Made by a program: the position numbers and the translations under genes. DNA of 59,781 nt, counting the filler, from Sluysia triapertura (lineage: Eukaryota), in NCBI GenBank assembly GCA_046118255.1. It is 4 parts of 4 records of this genome, joined end to end, with 100 filler letters (N's around TTAATTAATTAA, not from the genome) between each part and the next. Parts side by side here need not be neighbours in the genome. Positions count along the whole stretch, not along the records: positions 1 to 13,045 come from JBJNIA010063526.1; 3 more parts are not named here. One strand, written 5' to 3'. The notes under the pieces are model-generated. The model had not been told where the DNA came from. It searched no databases and saw only the letters and a program-made list of their open reading frames with translations. Positions 1 to 11,534 of this stretch are shown in pieces; within the stretch, counting starts at the first letter, position 1; each line of letters starts with the position of its first letter.

Positions 1-166
1 GTTTATTATAATTTATTGTATAAAATTGTGTGAATTAAGAGATTATCATTTGTTTAAGTAATAATATATTAATGCAGAGTGCAATGGATGTTAATGTTGT
101 ATGTGTTAGGGTTAAAATAGGCAGAACACTACAACTGCGATAGATATGATTGCGATATCTTATTTG

Positions 167-214
167 TAAATGTCGAAATTGTAGAAATGTCGAAATTGTA
201 GAAATGTCGAAATT
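167..214 (+). repeat. 17-bp tandem repeat, about 2.7 copies
   Basis: AAATGTCGAAATTGTAG repeated. Confidence 0.9.
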
Positions 215-2129
215 TCTTTTACAATAAATATCACAAAGTTTTATTACAAAACGGCATAAAGGCAAGAAGGAAACGTTGTGGGGGAAGAATCGAAAAAAAA
301 TGAAATACAGCGAAAATGAAAGACGAGCAAAAGCACGATATTTTTAACAGTTCTCAAGCAAATAGGGCGAATAGAAAAGCGCATTGTTGTTGACTGCATT
401 CTGAACATAAAAAATTATAAGATCATAACTTTAATTATTATTAATGAAATTTGTCCTAATTGTTATATTAATAAGCTATGAAAATTATGATATTCAAAAC
501 ATTGTAAATTCATGCTATGTACAGGACACGAAAAAGGTCTTACGACATGAGCCTTTGTTTTTCATTTTATTGAATTTTTAACGAATAAATGAGTCCTGTA
601 ACAAGAAACAGACAAATTTATGAATTTGAATTAAAAGATTAGTTGTAAGACTGATGAAAAGAATATTTATTAACATATAATGATGGAAAGAAGCTGCTTA
701 AAAGATAGTTAAAATTCCATTGCAGTTATTACTTCTTTGAATATTCTGACATAGAGTTAAATTAAAATTACTTATAGTAGAAACATTATTTAATGATTTT
801 TAAATACCGGTATTCCTTATCAGTAGTTTACTTAATAGTTTTTCTTCAAACTTATCGATGATGTAAACCACATGTTCTCACGTTTTGCCAAAAATCAAAT
901 GTATCTTCTGTTTCGGTGTTTCGCAGTGTCCATACTTGAACAAATAATATTCGAACAACTGGCAAGTGAAACAGTTTAATATTTGAGTGTGGAGTAATAT
1001 TTGAGTGGAGTAATTAACCCATAATGTAATCCATTGTATAATTCATAAGCAATTATAATGATGTGTATAATGTCACCGTCATATCGATAGATGGTTAATG
1101 GAAATTCAACAGTTATGAAGAGTTTTTTAATTTCACAGAACTCCTGAAAAGCGAATGGTTTTGTACTAATTTTTGTTTATGTGATTATACGAGCTTTGAA
1201 TTTTATGTTGGTTAGTATTCAAATTCCAAGGCAGGCTTGACTTGAACAGTTGATACTCGAAAAGATCGTCACTATACATAATCAAATAAAAAATATGTTT
1301 ATTAATGTGAAATTCTTCATGACACCAGTTTTGGAGAAAATATTTCATAATAACATTGGCTATTTTTGCATTATTTAAATTGATATAGCGTAGATATTCT
1401 TTTGACCAGATTCTAAATTAATTCGAGGTTAATTTTTTGATATTAATCCCACTATGTGATTAATATATCCTTAATGTATTGTTGAACAAATGCAAGCCAC
1501 TAAATTATCACAACTACAATCATTATCTTCAGTATTTAGCCATTTCTCAGTATTTCAATCATGGTCACCGTGTTTCTTGTGCCTCTTAGGCAAAATGTAA
1601 ACATTCGATTTTCTTAGGTGATAAATAAATTCGAGCTATTATGTGACGTTCCTCATTGGCAAGGAAGTTAGAACATATTGCGTATGGATTTACTAAATTA
1701 TTTATGTGGTATTCGGAAATAATCCAAGTACTCAAATTAATCCGATCCAGGTACACTTAATTCGGACAGTATTATAAAATAATTTAATTTTCACTTCGGT
1801 GTCAAAGTTATAAAATTCGAAAAATTCGGATTATTGTTACTAATACCATGGGTAACATACTATTTTTAATTTTATGAGTTCTCGAAAGTTTTCCATATGT
1901 AATAACACACGATAAAGTCCCAATAACATAGAGCGAATAATAGCAACACAATGAATAATCCATCTAGTAATTTTTATCATCTATTATCATCTCTTTATCC
2001 ATCCTTTATTGAAATATTTCTAAATGCGGCTGCCTTAGCATTAAATTACAGTTCGTCTTTGAATCTAATTTTATACTATTATCTCGTTTCGCGGTTTTCA
2101 TATCTACTTACTATGTGTAACTATATCGT

Positions 2130-2440
2130 AACGTCCACTAATAATATCCATGCCTATTATTAATTCATATGGACTATTATCTCAAACGTTTACTGTCACT
2201 AGTATATACTGGTTTAAGATTGTTAAACTAACATACCATCAACATTTATAGGTTCGTAATTAACATCATAAACTGTTGCGCTTACTTCATCTTTCATTGA
2301 TAATTACCAAAAATTTTAAAAATTTTAGAGAACGACAGAAATAGTAGCGCCAGTATCTTTTGTGGCTCTTATCCATCTGCCACTGAAATGAATATTTTGA
2401 ATAATATGTCCATGTGTAAGAGGTCCCACCTGTTTGTCGA
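2130..2440 (-). mobile_element. Retropepsin (aspartic protease) domain downstream of the integrase, decayed
   Basis: IHFSGRWIRATKDTGATISVV (DTG catalytic motif), then VYDVNYEPINVDGML and DNSPYELIIGMDII (ILG-D motif). The DTG part is in frame with the GPY/F domain. Confidence 0.85.
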
Positions 2441-2489
2441 TAAATGATTGAACCGAAGTTGATTTATCTTAGTCTCTGATTTTAGGTAT

Positions 2490-3856
2490 GATTTTTATTT
2501 TCGCAACTTTTCGATTTCTTAAATTATTTTCTTTCTTTGGTGTGATTTTACACCTTTTAGGGTGTACCACGAACGTTTCAGCATTATGTGTATTTGAATC
2601 TTTGATGAATAGATTAGTAGATGTGATTTTTGTAACTTCCTAAGGACCCTTAAAAAGTTTGTCTCACTTCGGCGAGTGTCCCGGTTTAGAAATCGGATAG
2701 TTCAATAATACTTTATCTCCTATTTGAAATTTATGTTCCTGTGTTTTCTCGTCATAATTATCTTTATAAGATTCTTGAAAATATTTTCTTTGCAATCATG
2801 CTCGTCTCCAAGCTTCTTGCAGTTTTTGTCTCATGATAGTTACGTATTCTGGTCTCTCGATATATTGTGATTCAGGAGGTACTTAATCCAAATCCATAGG
2901 CATATTAGAGTTTTGGACGTATATAAGGTAAAATGGAATGAAGTTTGTGGCTGGATGAACTGAATTACGATAAGCGAATAAAAATGGCTATATATACAAA
3001 TCCCAGTCATTTTGTCGATCACTAACATAAGATTGAAGCATATTCATTAATGTACGTTCGAATCTTTCTCCCAATCCATCAGTTTGAAGGTGGTAAGGTG
3101 GTATGTTTATGCAACAGACTTGATTATATCACTAGTAAAATTAGTACCTTGGTCAGTGACTAGTTTTCCACTAGAATCTGGGCTACTAATTCGGCTTTTT
3201 GATTTGACACTGGATATGATTCAGGCCATTTTGTTAGGTAATCCGCAAACACTATTATATATTTATTTGGGAAAGTGGGCCATAATGTCCACTGCCGTAA
3301 ACTCTGTAGGAGGCAACGGTTTTAATGGTACTCTTGTTTTTTTTCCTGTATTTTTGCGTCGACATCAGACTTCTCAATCTTTACACCAACTCTTAATATC
3401 GTCCTTTAAACCATCCAAATAGTATTTATTTTTAATTCTAGAGCGTCTTCCTTGTCGATAAATGGCCTTCCAGTTGTCCGTCGTGAAAATGAATCAATAT
3501 TATTGTAATTAAAGATTTAGGAACAATAGTTCTTTTACATTTTTAAATCTTACTATACCATCCGTGATCTCCAGTTTTTTAGCCTGCTTTTCATTTAATG
3601 TTCCTTTTGTCATTGCATCTAGTACGAAGGAAATATTTTTATCTTCCCTTTGATGTCTGATTATTTCTTTAGGATTCTCAATTTTTCCTGAAATTGTCAT
3701 AATTTGTATAAGACCGATGTTGCCTCTTTCATTGATATTTGTTAGTCTGGACATACAATCCGCTCCGCTATTTGAAACTCGTAAATATTCTGCTTATTTG
3801 TTTTTGGTCTGTATATAAGTATATTCTTGTCCGTATAGATAATGTCTGAATAGTTT
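2490..3856 (-). mobile_element. Decayed Ty3/Gypsy LTR-retrotransposon pol: RNase H C-terminus, integrase core and GPY/F domain
   Basis: Minus-strand translation gives KLFRHYLYGQEY..YTD and NSGADCMSRL (RNase H end), RVPLKPLPPTEFTAVDIMGPL, GKLVTDQGTNFTSDII, PYHLQTDGLGERFERTLMNML (integrase core), and FKGP*EV...FVVHPKRCK...NLRNRK (GPY/F). Stops and frameshifts are present. Confidence 0.93.
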
Positions 3857-3860
3857 TCCT

Positions 3861-3935
3861 TTAAATTCTGTTAATACCTGTCCTCTCTGTCGAAGTGACA
3901 TTCATAAGTTTTCATCGATTCTGTATTCTGGTGCC
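3861..3935 (+). pseudogene. RING-finger C-terminal fragment (IAP-like)
   Basis: LNSVNTCPLCRSDIHKFSSILYSG has the CPxCR terminal RING motif. The N-terminal half of the RING is absent. Confidence 0.55.
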
Positions 3936-5084
3936 ATGACATGTAAGCAAATCTTGGGTTTTGGTTTTATCTTATTATTTGTAAACAGTACTCTGATTAC
4001 TGGTTCTAAATAGGTTGCATTTCACCATATCAAGTAGTTCCAGATCTTAGTTGTACTTCTACTTTCTTACATTTATAGTATGCAGAACTTTTCCCATTAA
4101 TCTACCAAATTCTCCCTCTTATAATGGTAGTAATAGTACCACTAAATTTAATTATTTAAAAACTGGAACCTTTTGTTCTGATGATATTATTTTATTTTCT
4201 GAATTGCCCATCGTTTTTTAACGTTTAATGATTCAACATTTTCAAGAATTTGAATTAAATCATTATCTTTTATAACTGATAATTCCATTGTTTCACTAAC
4301 ATTTAATTGTTCCTCATTGTTCTGCTCATCTAGTTTTACAGATTCAGCTAAATAACTAGGAACTTCAGTTATAAATTTCAATTTATAATTTTCTTCATCA
4401 GCATTTACTACTTTTGTGCTGCTTCCCTAGGTGAACAAACGGGATTCTTTGTTATAAAAAAAGACATGCATTCTATAATTTTCCTATAAAATATTCATCA
4501 ATTAAATCTTCATTCATTTCAATAAATTTAATAATATAAGCCAATGATAAATTTTTTTCTATTAAATTATATATTGTTATTAGATAAAATTATGATTAAT
4601 TCATTAAAATTTGAATTATTTTTCAATAGTTTTTCAATTCGGTCATCTATGGTTTGAAAACTGGATTGTAGTGTGAAGGATATCCAGTAGACAAATAAGA
4701 ATTCCCATGCTCATAATAATCATAACGACATTGAATTTTATCATTTTCAGATAATACCTTCTTTTGCAAGTGTGGGGAGGGCTTTTTGGTCTTTAACATT
4801 AATAAATTATCATTATTTTTATTTATTTTTAAATTTATATTAGAAAAGTTAAAAATTTCTTTAATATAAAAAATTAAAATTCAACATTAAAACAGTTAAA
4901 ACAATGATAAACCTATTAATTAATAAACTAGGCTTAAGGTCTTTAAAAAATAACAATTTTAAACAAACAACAAAATTTAACAGTTTATTAATACAATAAA
5001 ATATTGAGAAGAAAACATATAAATGTACTTACACCACTATAATGAAGTTTAATTGATGTTTCTTTTCTATAAGCACCATTAAGG

Positions 5085-5515
5085 TTTAAAGGTTTTTTTA
5101 ATATGTGGATTTTTAGGTCTTGAATCTGTTAAAGTATTCGAAGAAGGTCGAACTAACAAAGAAGTCTCTAATAATTTATCGTTCACAATTGTTGGAAATC
5201 TATTTTTATTGAAATTCAAATTTGTATTTACATTTGATGAAAAAAGTGGGTACTGATTAATACCTGGTTTGTTGTAGAGATTAGAAAATGGCGAATCACC
5301 TAAAGTGCTTAACTGATTGGTTGATGCACTGGATAATGGATTGTATAACAAATGTAGAGATGGTATAGGTGCTAAATTCATAAATGGATACTTCAGATTA
5401 GGTGGGTTTATGATGAGTTTGAACCCCACTGGTTGGTTGATGCCACAGGCGAAGACGTTATAGTTGTTGAATCACTACTTATAATGGGAAATAAATAATT
5501 GTTCGGAGACGGTAA
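5085..5515 (-). pseudogene. TCF/LEF-like fragment ending at the start of the HMG box
   Basis: A Ser/Pro/Asn-rich stretch ends in RPKNPHIKK, then a +1 A in an A run, then PLN. This matches TCF/LEF KPHIKKPLNAFML. The match stops after PLN. Confidence 0.65.
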
Positions 5516-5535
5516 TGTTATTAAATCATATTTAC

Positions 5536-5775
5536 ATATATCAGATATAATACTCCTAATTGTAAAGATGGACAACTACATTCCAAATCTGGCATTCGAA
5601 TCCAAAGTAGAAATGTAGAATGACCAATAATATTTGTTGGGTTTCGATATGTCAATAAACTAGATAGTGATTGCATTTGTCGAAATGGATTTATAGCTGC
5701 CAATGAGTCTGAATGTATTCGTTGAAATTTAGTTTCATCCAATCGCCAAACATAGTTAACATGCATTTCAAATCT
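5536..5775 (-). pseudogene. Netrin C-terminal NTR/C345C domain exon fragment
   Basis: RFEMHVNYVWR...LLWIRMPDLECSCPSLQLGVLYLI resembles the netrin LWIRxxDxxCxCPxIxxxxxYLL motif. It ends at a GTAAAT donor and has an in-frame TGA just upstream. Confidence 0.75.
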
Positions 5776-7657
5776 TTTTTCTCAGTAATTAATATTATCC
5801 ACAGAAAGTACAAATGTATATCTTGAGCAACCACGATATTCGAATAATTGACTTTCTATTAGACAGTTCAATTGAAATGTTGGAGTTGTTAAAAAACAAA
5901 TTTTATAACAGATACAAAATGCAACCTTTGTCGATTAACACGTATAATATATAAATTTATGTGTACATAAATATCTAAATAAACTGGGAAAAACAAAAGA
6001 ATAAAAAGAAAGGTTAATAAAAAGGATAAAGAAATAATAATGATAACAATAACATAATTATTATACGTTTTAAAATAATGTTATTGTTGATGTTAATATG
6101 AAGGTTATTATGTGATAATCGTGGCATTTATATAATAATCCTAATAAGTATTATATATTTTAATACGACTGGAATTATAATAACAATAGCTATAGTTCAT
6201 GATAATTATGTACAATGGTTATGTTTGTTTTTTGAATGACTTTAGTAGTTTGTTTAAAGTTCTATGTATATATGAAATGTTTTTATGTGATGAAGCATGG
6301 ATATTTTGATGTGATTTCCCTATAATTATTATAACCAATAAATAAAATCGTAAATTTTTAAAATAAATACAAAACTTGAATGCGAAATTCAATGTAAAAT
6401 TATAATATAATAATCTTAAAAAATCTAAAATATCGTAATTAATTAATTTTATGAAACATGTTAGAATATTGTGAAATCAAAAATTCAAACAGAATGTAAG
6501 AATCACGAATATTGACTAAATTATCAAATCGATAAGATAAAATAAAAAATTAATAAATGAATACTAACAAATACAAATTAATAGAAATTAATACAAATTA
6601 ATATAACTACCAAATGAATGTATATAAATGATAAAAAATATGTATAATAATTAATACACAATAAATTGATCAATTTATCACAATAATGCATATATTAAAA
6701 TAGTTCGTATTATATTAATTATAATATTCTAACCTCAAAAATTTATTATATAATGGAGGTTTATATAAAAGAATGTTGTTAACCTAGCTAAAAGACCTAA
6801 TGCAATGATGTCACGATTTATTTCCTATCCTCTTGCATCAAATCTCCGAAAAGTAATCTCTAATTTTTGATTTTAATATTAAAATGCCCTTAATCGTCGA
6901 TGATTATTGGTATACTTTAGAACGATGTGAAAATTAATTTATACGAATTAAAGAAATCTAGGAACAAAATCTAGGTACATAATTAACAAAATTTAGGTAT
7001 AGAATTAACGATATAATAAAAATATACTATTTGCAAAAAATTATACTGAACGTAATAATTTTTCTTGATTTATTTTAAAATGTATTTTTCTTCAATGCTT
7101 TAAACGATTGAAGTAGAAAAAATAGTAAATATTTTACGTTGATAATAAACTTAGTTAACCTAATATAAAATTGACTAACGTGACTTTGAATATAAATGGA
7201 ATGATAGAAATTTGTATCTGTAAACTTGTCCGGGAATATTGTTAGCAATGAATGTAGAATGAATTTAAACGTATAAAAAAGTGTGTGAGCTGCGCTCTTT
7301 TGTTACTCTAGTTATATTATTTATTTTACAATCTGTATCCATTAAAACAAAATATTTATTTTTAAAAGTTTTTTAAGAATGTTAGTCAATTTTTTATTTA
7401 AAATTTACAAAGTTTATTTTACAAAATTTATAAAAATATAAATAAAATAAAATTACTTACATTAAAATAGTTCCAAATAAATTATTGATTTATAAAAACA
7501 AATATAATTACAAGTCACAAATATATAAAATGAAATGTAAATGTGTTCATAAAATATAACAATAACAATATGACATATATATGATGTGATCAAATAATAC
7601 CGAGGGATACCACAGTATTCAATCATTAAGATCCAAAATAATTGATTTTATTCAAAT

Positions 7658-7831
7658 TTAAATTAACCTAAAATCATTAAGGTACGAATCTGAAACAGCT
7701 TCACGCCATAGTTTGGCTTTATTAGAAAAATAAGTAAATTGTTTTCTGGCCTCATATAAACAATTCATTAACAGCTTTGTTTTTATATCACAGAGCGATT
7801 CACGATTTTGAAGAATTTCTTTATTTAATTT
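7658..7831 (-). CDS. Terminal coding exon, probably the C-terminal helix of a sorting-nexin BAR domain
   Basis: A TTTAG acceptor precedes the open frame KLNKEILQNRESLCDIKTKLLMNCLYEARKQFTYFSNKAKLWREAVSDSYLNDFRLI*. The Q..Y......W spacing is typical of SNX-BAR ends. Upstream exons were not found. Confidence 0.5.
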   Translation of the reverse strand, partial: KLNKEILQNRESLCDIKTKLLMNCLYEARKQFTYFSNKAKLWREAVSDSYLNDFRLI

Positions 7832-8094
7832 CTAAACATAAAAAATTGAAATTATTATGATAAAATTACTTTAATTAAGATTAAATTCTATTTCTGTCAT
7901 CCAAGTAATTTTCAGATATTAAAGAGTTGTATGATAAATGATGTAAATATAACTTTAGATTTTAAATTCAAATGTTAGAGGCTAAAATCTAAAGTTGATA
8001 GGAGAAATTCCACTAGGTGCGAAGGTCAGGTTGTCCCAAGATTTTGGAAATTAAAATAATTTACTTTAGTGAGAAGACTCATAACTGCTTAGGT

Positions 8095-8215
8095 GACTTT
8101 AAGAATAATGAAACAAAATTAACTGAAAAACTAGATGCTAATACAGAATTAGGTAGTGGTTGACCGTTAGATAATATCGGAATGTTTTAGCATAATAACA
8201 AATATTCCACAATCT
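8095..8215 (+). mobile_element. Polinton/Maverick protein-primed DNA polymerase B fragment, decayed
   Basis: KLTEKLDANTELGSG*PLDNI matches the Polinton pPolB 'GSGW.L..I' motif, with TGG changed to TGA. Confidence 0.5.
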
Positions 8216-8569
8216 TAAATTTATCCAGTTATACTTTTTGATGGGTTTAAGCAAAAGTGGAGTAGATATGAGTATTATAACTTGTGGAATAAAAGTAAAA
8301 TAAGTATTATTGAAAGAATAAAGTAAAATGATGATTATGTTTGTTAATGGGATGGATAAATATTTAAATCAAAATAAAAAGGAAGAAAGATACAAAGAGA
8401 GAACACTCTATAAGGTCTTGTTCATGAAAATATTAAAGTACAATTATTAATTAATTTAAATAAAAATTGTTCGATTTATTAATTTTATCTAAAATGTCTG
8501 TATATGAGAAAATAACATATGAATGAAATTATAATGTTGAAATTTATCAGTATTATTTGTATTGAAATG

Positions 8570-9260
8570 TTATAGAACACGTCGACGCATATTTATTTTC
8601 TATAACGTAAAGTTAAATTTATATACGTTGTAATGTTCAAGCATAATCAAAATATACGTCAAATTAATGCTCACTAAGATACCAATTCAGACAAGTTATT
8701 GAAATCGACGCATATCGTACAGTTAAATTATGATGTATTATGTTAAAAATTCTTATGGAAAAGAAATTTGGCATTTAATTGATTTTATGTTTAATTTTGA
8801 TTTTGTTATGTTAATAAGATAAGAGGATTGTTTGTCGAAATTTAATTGGTCGGCTTACTACCGACTCATAAAAATAAATAATTACACAAAGTAAGTGCTT
8901 CCATATTCCAATTTCTAACCTCCTCAGCAATTATCAAATTATAATATAAGCGATCGCATTTTTGTCAAATATTCAGACATAAATACCTCGATACGTTAGT
9001 GAAAAAAGAAAAGAACGTTGCTTCGTATAAGAAAGCTGCTTCAACACATTTGTGTCAAACAATGTGATTGAAGCTTGATCTTTAGCAATTGATTAAACTT
9101 TGCATGCGATATTATTATTTTTATATTTGATTTGTTATATACGGGCAATAACATTTTGCATGCTATGCCAAACATGGATTTTTCATATTGTATTTGTTAA
9201 TTGATTGTTTAAAGACATTGATTTATAACTGAGAACTTGTATTACTCTGTAATTATTAAG
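8570..9260 (+). repeat. Dispersed repeat family, copy 1 of 3
   Basis: Shares TTAAATTTATATACGTTGTAATGTT...TTAATGCTC...ACCAATTC...AAATCGACG with about 12550-12890, and a diverged version plus GATAAGAGGATTGTT with about 38960-39780. Confidence 0.8.
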
Positions 9261-9689
9261 AGTATATTATGATCAAAGAATAGTTAATAATTTGTATCTA
9301 TTTTTTGATTATTGAAAATAATCAAAATATTTCAGACTAATTTAATTACTGAGTTAATGTTAAACATTTTATTCAGATTCCAGATAAATTGTACGTAATA
9401 TTTATTGTAGTCAATGTACAAAATAATGACAGTAATCATTCTTTTATTTATTCAATTCTTTCTGTATTAAAATACGATCAAAGTAAATCATCTGATAAGT
9501 ATCGTATGACTAATTACTAATCGCTTTTAAATGACATTAAAAATTGAAGTTAATGTATTTCAGTGCAGTTCTGTTATTGATGACACAGAAAGTTTTAAGA
9601 TACCACTTGTTGATTTGTTGTATAATTCGAAATTTATTGGTATTATAATTATGTCTGCATAGTAAATTTAGATAAATTATTAAATATTG

Positions 9690-10055
9690 GAAATAAACAT
9701 GTTCATGTGCAAGTTGTTGCACGAGTTTCTAAAACAAATCCAGCATCAAGTGAGCCAAAGTATTCTTTTTAAAAGTGAAAGATGTTTATTATCGTTATTT
9801 GGCCGACGTTGTTGTTATCAAGAAGTTATTGATAACAGTTGGAAGATATACAAAGAAGCAACTGATATTGCAACAACAGAATTGATCCATACTCATCCAA
9901 TCCGTTTTGGTTTAGCTTTAATCTTTTCAATACGTTACTGAAATAATGGAAGAATTAGCAAACTATAACTGGCTAGACTCATTTGCGGAAGATAATTACA
10001 AAGACAGTACTTTGATTTTACAGATATTATGAGATAATTGAAATTTGTGAACGAG
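9690..10055 (+). pseudogene. 14-3-3 protein pseudogene (intronless, decayed)
   Basis: [44 protein letters not shown] and LDSFAEDNYKDSTLILQIL*DN*NL*T match canonical 14-3-3 motifs (PTHPIRLGLALNFS, YKDSTLIMQLLRDNLTLWT), with stops, frameshifts and a deletion. Confidence 0.93.
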
Positions 10056-11291
10056 GATAGGAAATCGAGGTTATAAAACTTATTCATTTTGTTTTTATTA
10101 ACATATCAATGATGCAAATTTGTATTCATTGTTTTTGGAACAACGATCCATATTAAGCTAATAAATGTAAAGTATAATTAATTATTTTTTGGAATTTGAC
10201 TTTGTGAAGATACTGTATTTGAGTAATTTCGAATCGTAATGACGAAAAATCATGTTTAATATATATATATAAGTACACGTATTTTTAAGTTTGAAAAGTC
10301 TTCTGATAATTTTAAGTTTGTTAACATAGGCTAAATACCGAATATTTCACACATTAGTTACGTGATTATTCTACACATCGTTGATATTAGTGATAACTTT
10401 GATATTACGAACTTTGTGTAACGTTAAGTACTTTTAGTGAGCTAAGGTCGCTTCAAGAATTGATTATCAGTCGAGTCATGTTAGATCCATTTCAAAATTC
10501 AAAAAATAATTGTAGAATACTGAATGATTTAGAAATAATTATGGATTAAGTACATTATCACAATCACTCGCTAAATTACAGTAGCACTTCATTAAACCAC
10601 TAAAACATTTCTCTAAAAAAATTCATTGATTTATATTCATTTTATTGGTAGTTTAACACAATAAGGGGAACTGAATTTTCATCCAATCTAATAAATTCGA
10701 TAAGTATTTTTCAGTTCTATTTAGCTACTTTTCTTATAAAATTAACTAGACTATGGATAAAATTCTAATGACGAATGTAACAGTGTTTACAGGATTTGGA
10801 ATTTATCTCAACGATTACGTAATACATTTGAAATTAAATGTATACTTATTAACCGATATTTCGAACATTTCTGTCAAAATCCATTTGTAGTATCCCAGCC
10901 ACTGACAATAATTTTGTTACCACTCACATACACAAAGTTGCACATAAACTCATTTCATTTCATTATATTCAAAACAAATCACAAACTTTACAATAAAATC
11001 ATCAATATTAAAACTGTGATAATCAATTGTATTAATATTAAATATAAACTTTATCAACATTGCTGTTCTTGTCTTCATGGATATCATTATTATCAAAATT
11101 AGTTTCATGTGATTTATTATCTGTAAGATTTGTGAAATTAATTCTAGATAAATTTATAATTTAATAATTTGTTTATTATAAATATTGTTATTGTGTACTG
11201 CGATTTTTGTGTTAACAATTAATTTATTATTAGTAGCTATTAACAGTACTATGTAACTATTGATTAGCAAATGTATCATATTTTATTATTG

Positions 11292-11534
11292 ATTATCTCT
11301 GAATTTACTGCATAGAGAAGATTGCCTGCAGTTATGTACTGGTACTCCGAGATTTCCAGTTGGATGTTTTCGGGCATTAAAGCCGCCATTTAAGATAGTC
11401 AACAAAAAGAAGGCAATGAGAATCCAGACAAATATTTACCATTAGTCATCGCATGTCAAAACTTCTTAAAACTTCTGGATTATTCTAGCAAGGAGATAAT
11501 ACGACAACGACTATTATATGCACTTCGTGAAGGA
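11292..11534 (+). pseudogene. HECT E3 ligase C-lobe fragment, TRIP12/HECTD1 type
   Basis: [27 protein letters not shown], a frameshift, then [46 protein letters not shown]12 reads [25 protein letters not shown]...LPSVMTCVNYLKLPDYSS. Confidence 0.9.

Noticed and set aside
3084-3422. 112-aa plus-strand ORF
   Set aside because: Antisense shadow of the Gypsy integrase.
10860-10935. Minus-strand VSGNKIIVSGWDTT resembling a WD40 repeat
   Set aside because: Too short and flanked by stops; cannot be told from chance without a search.
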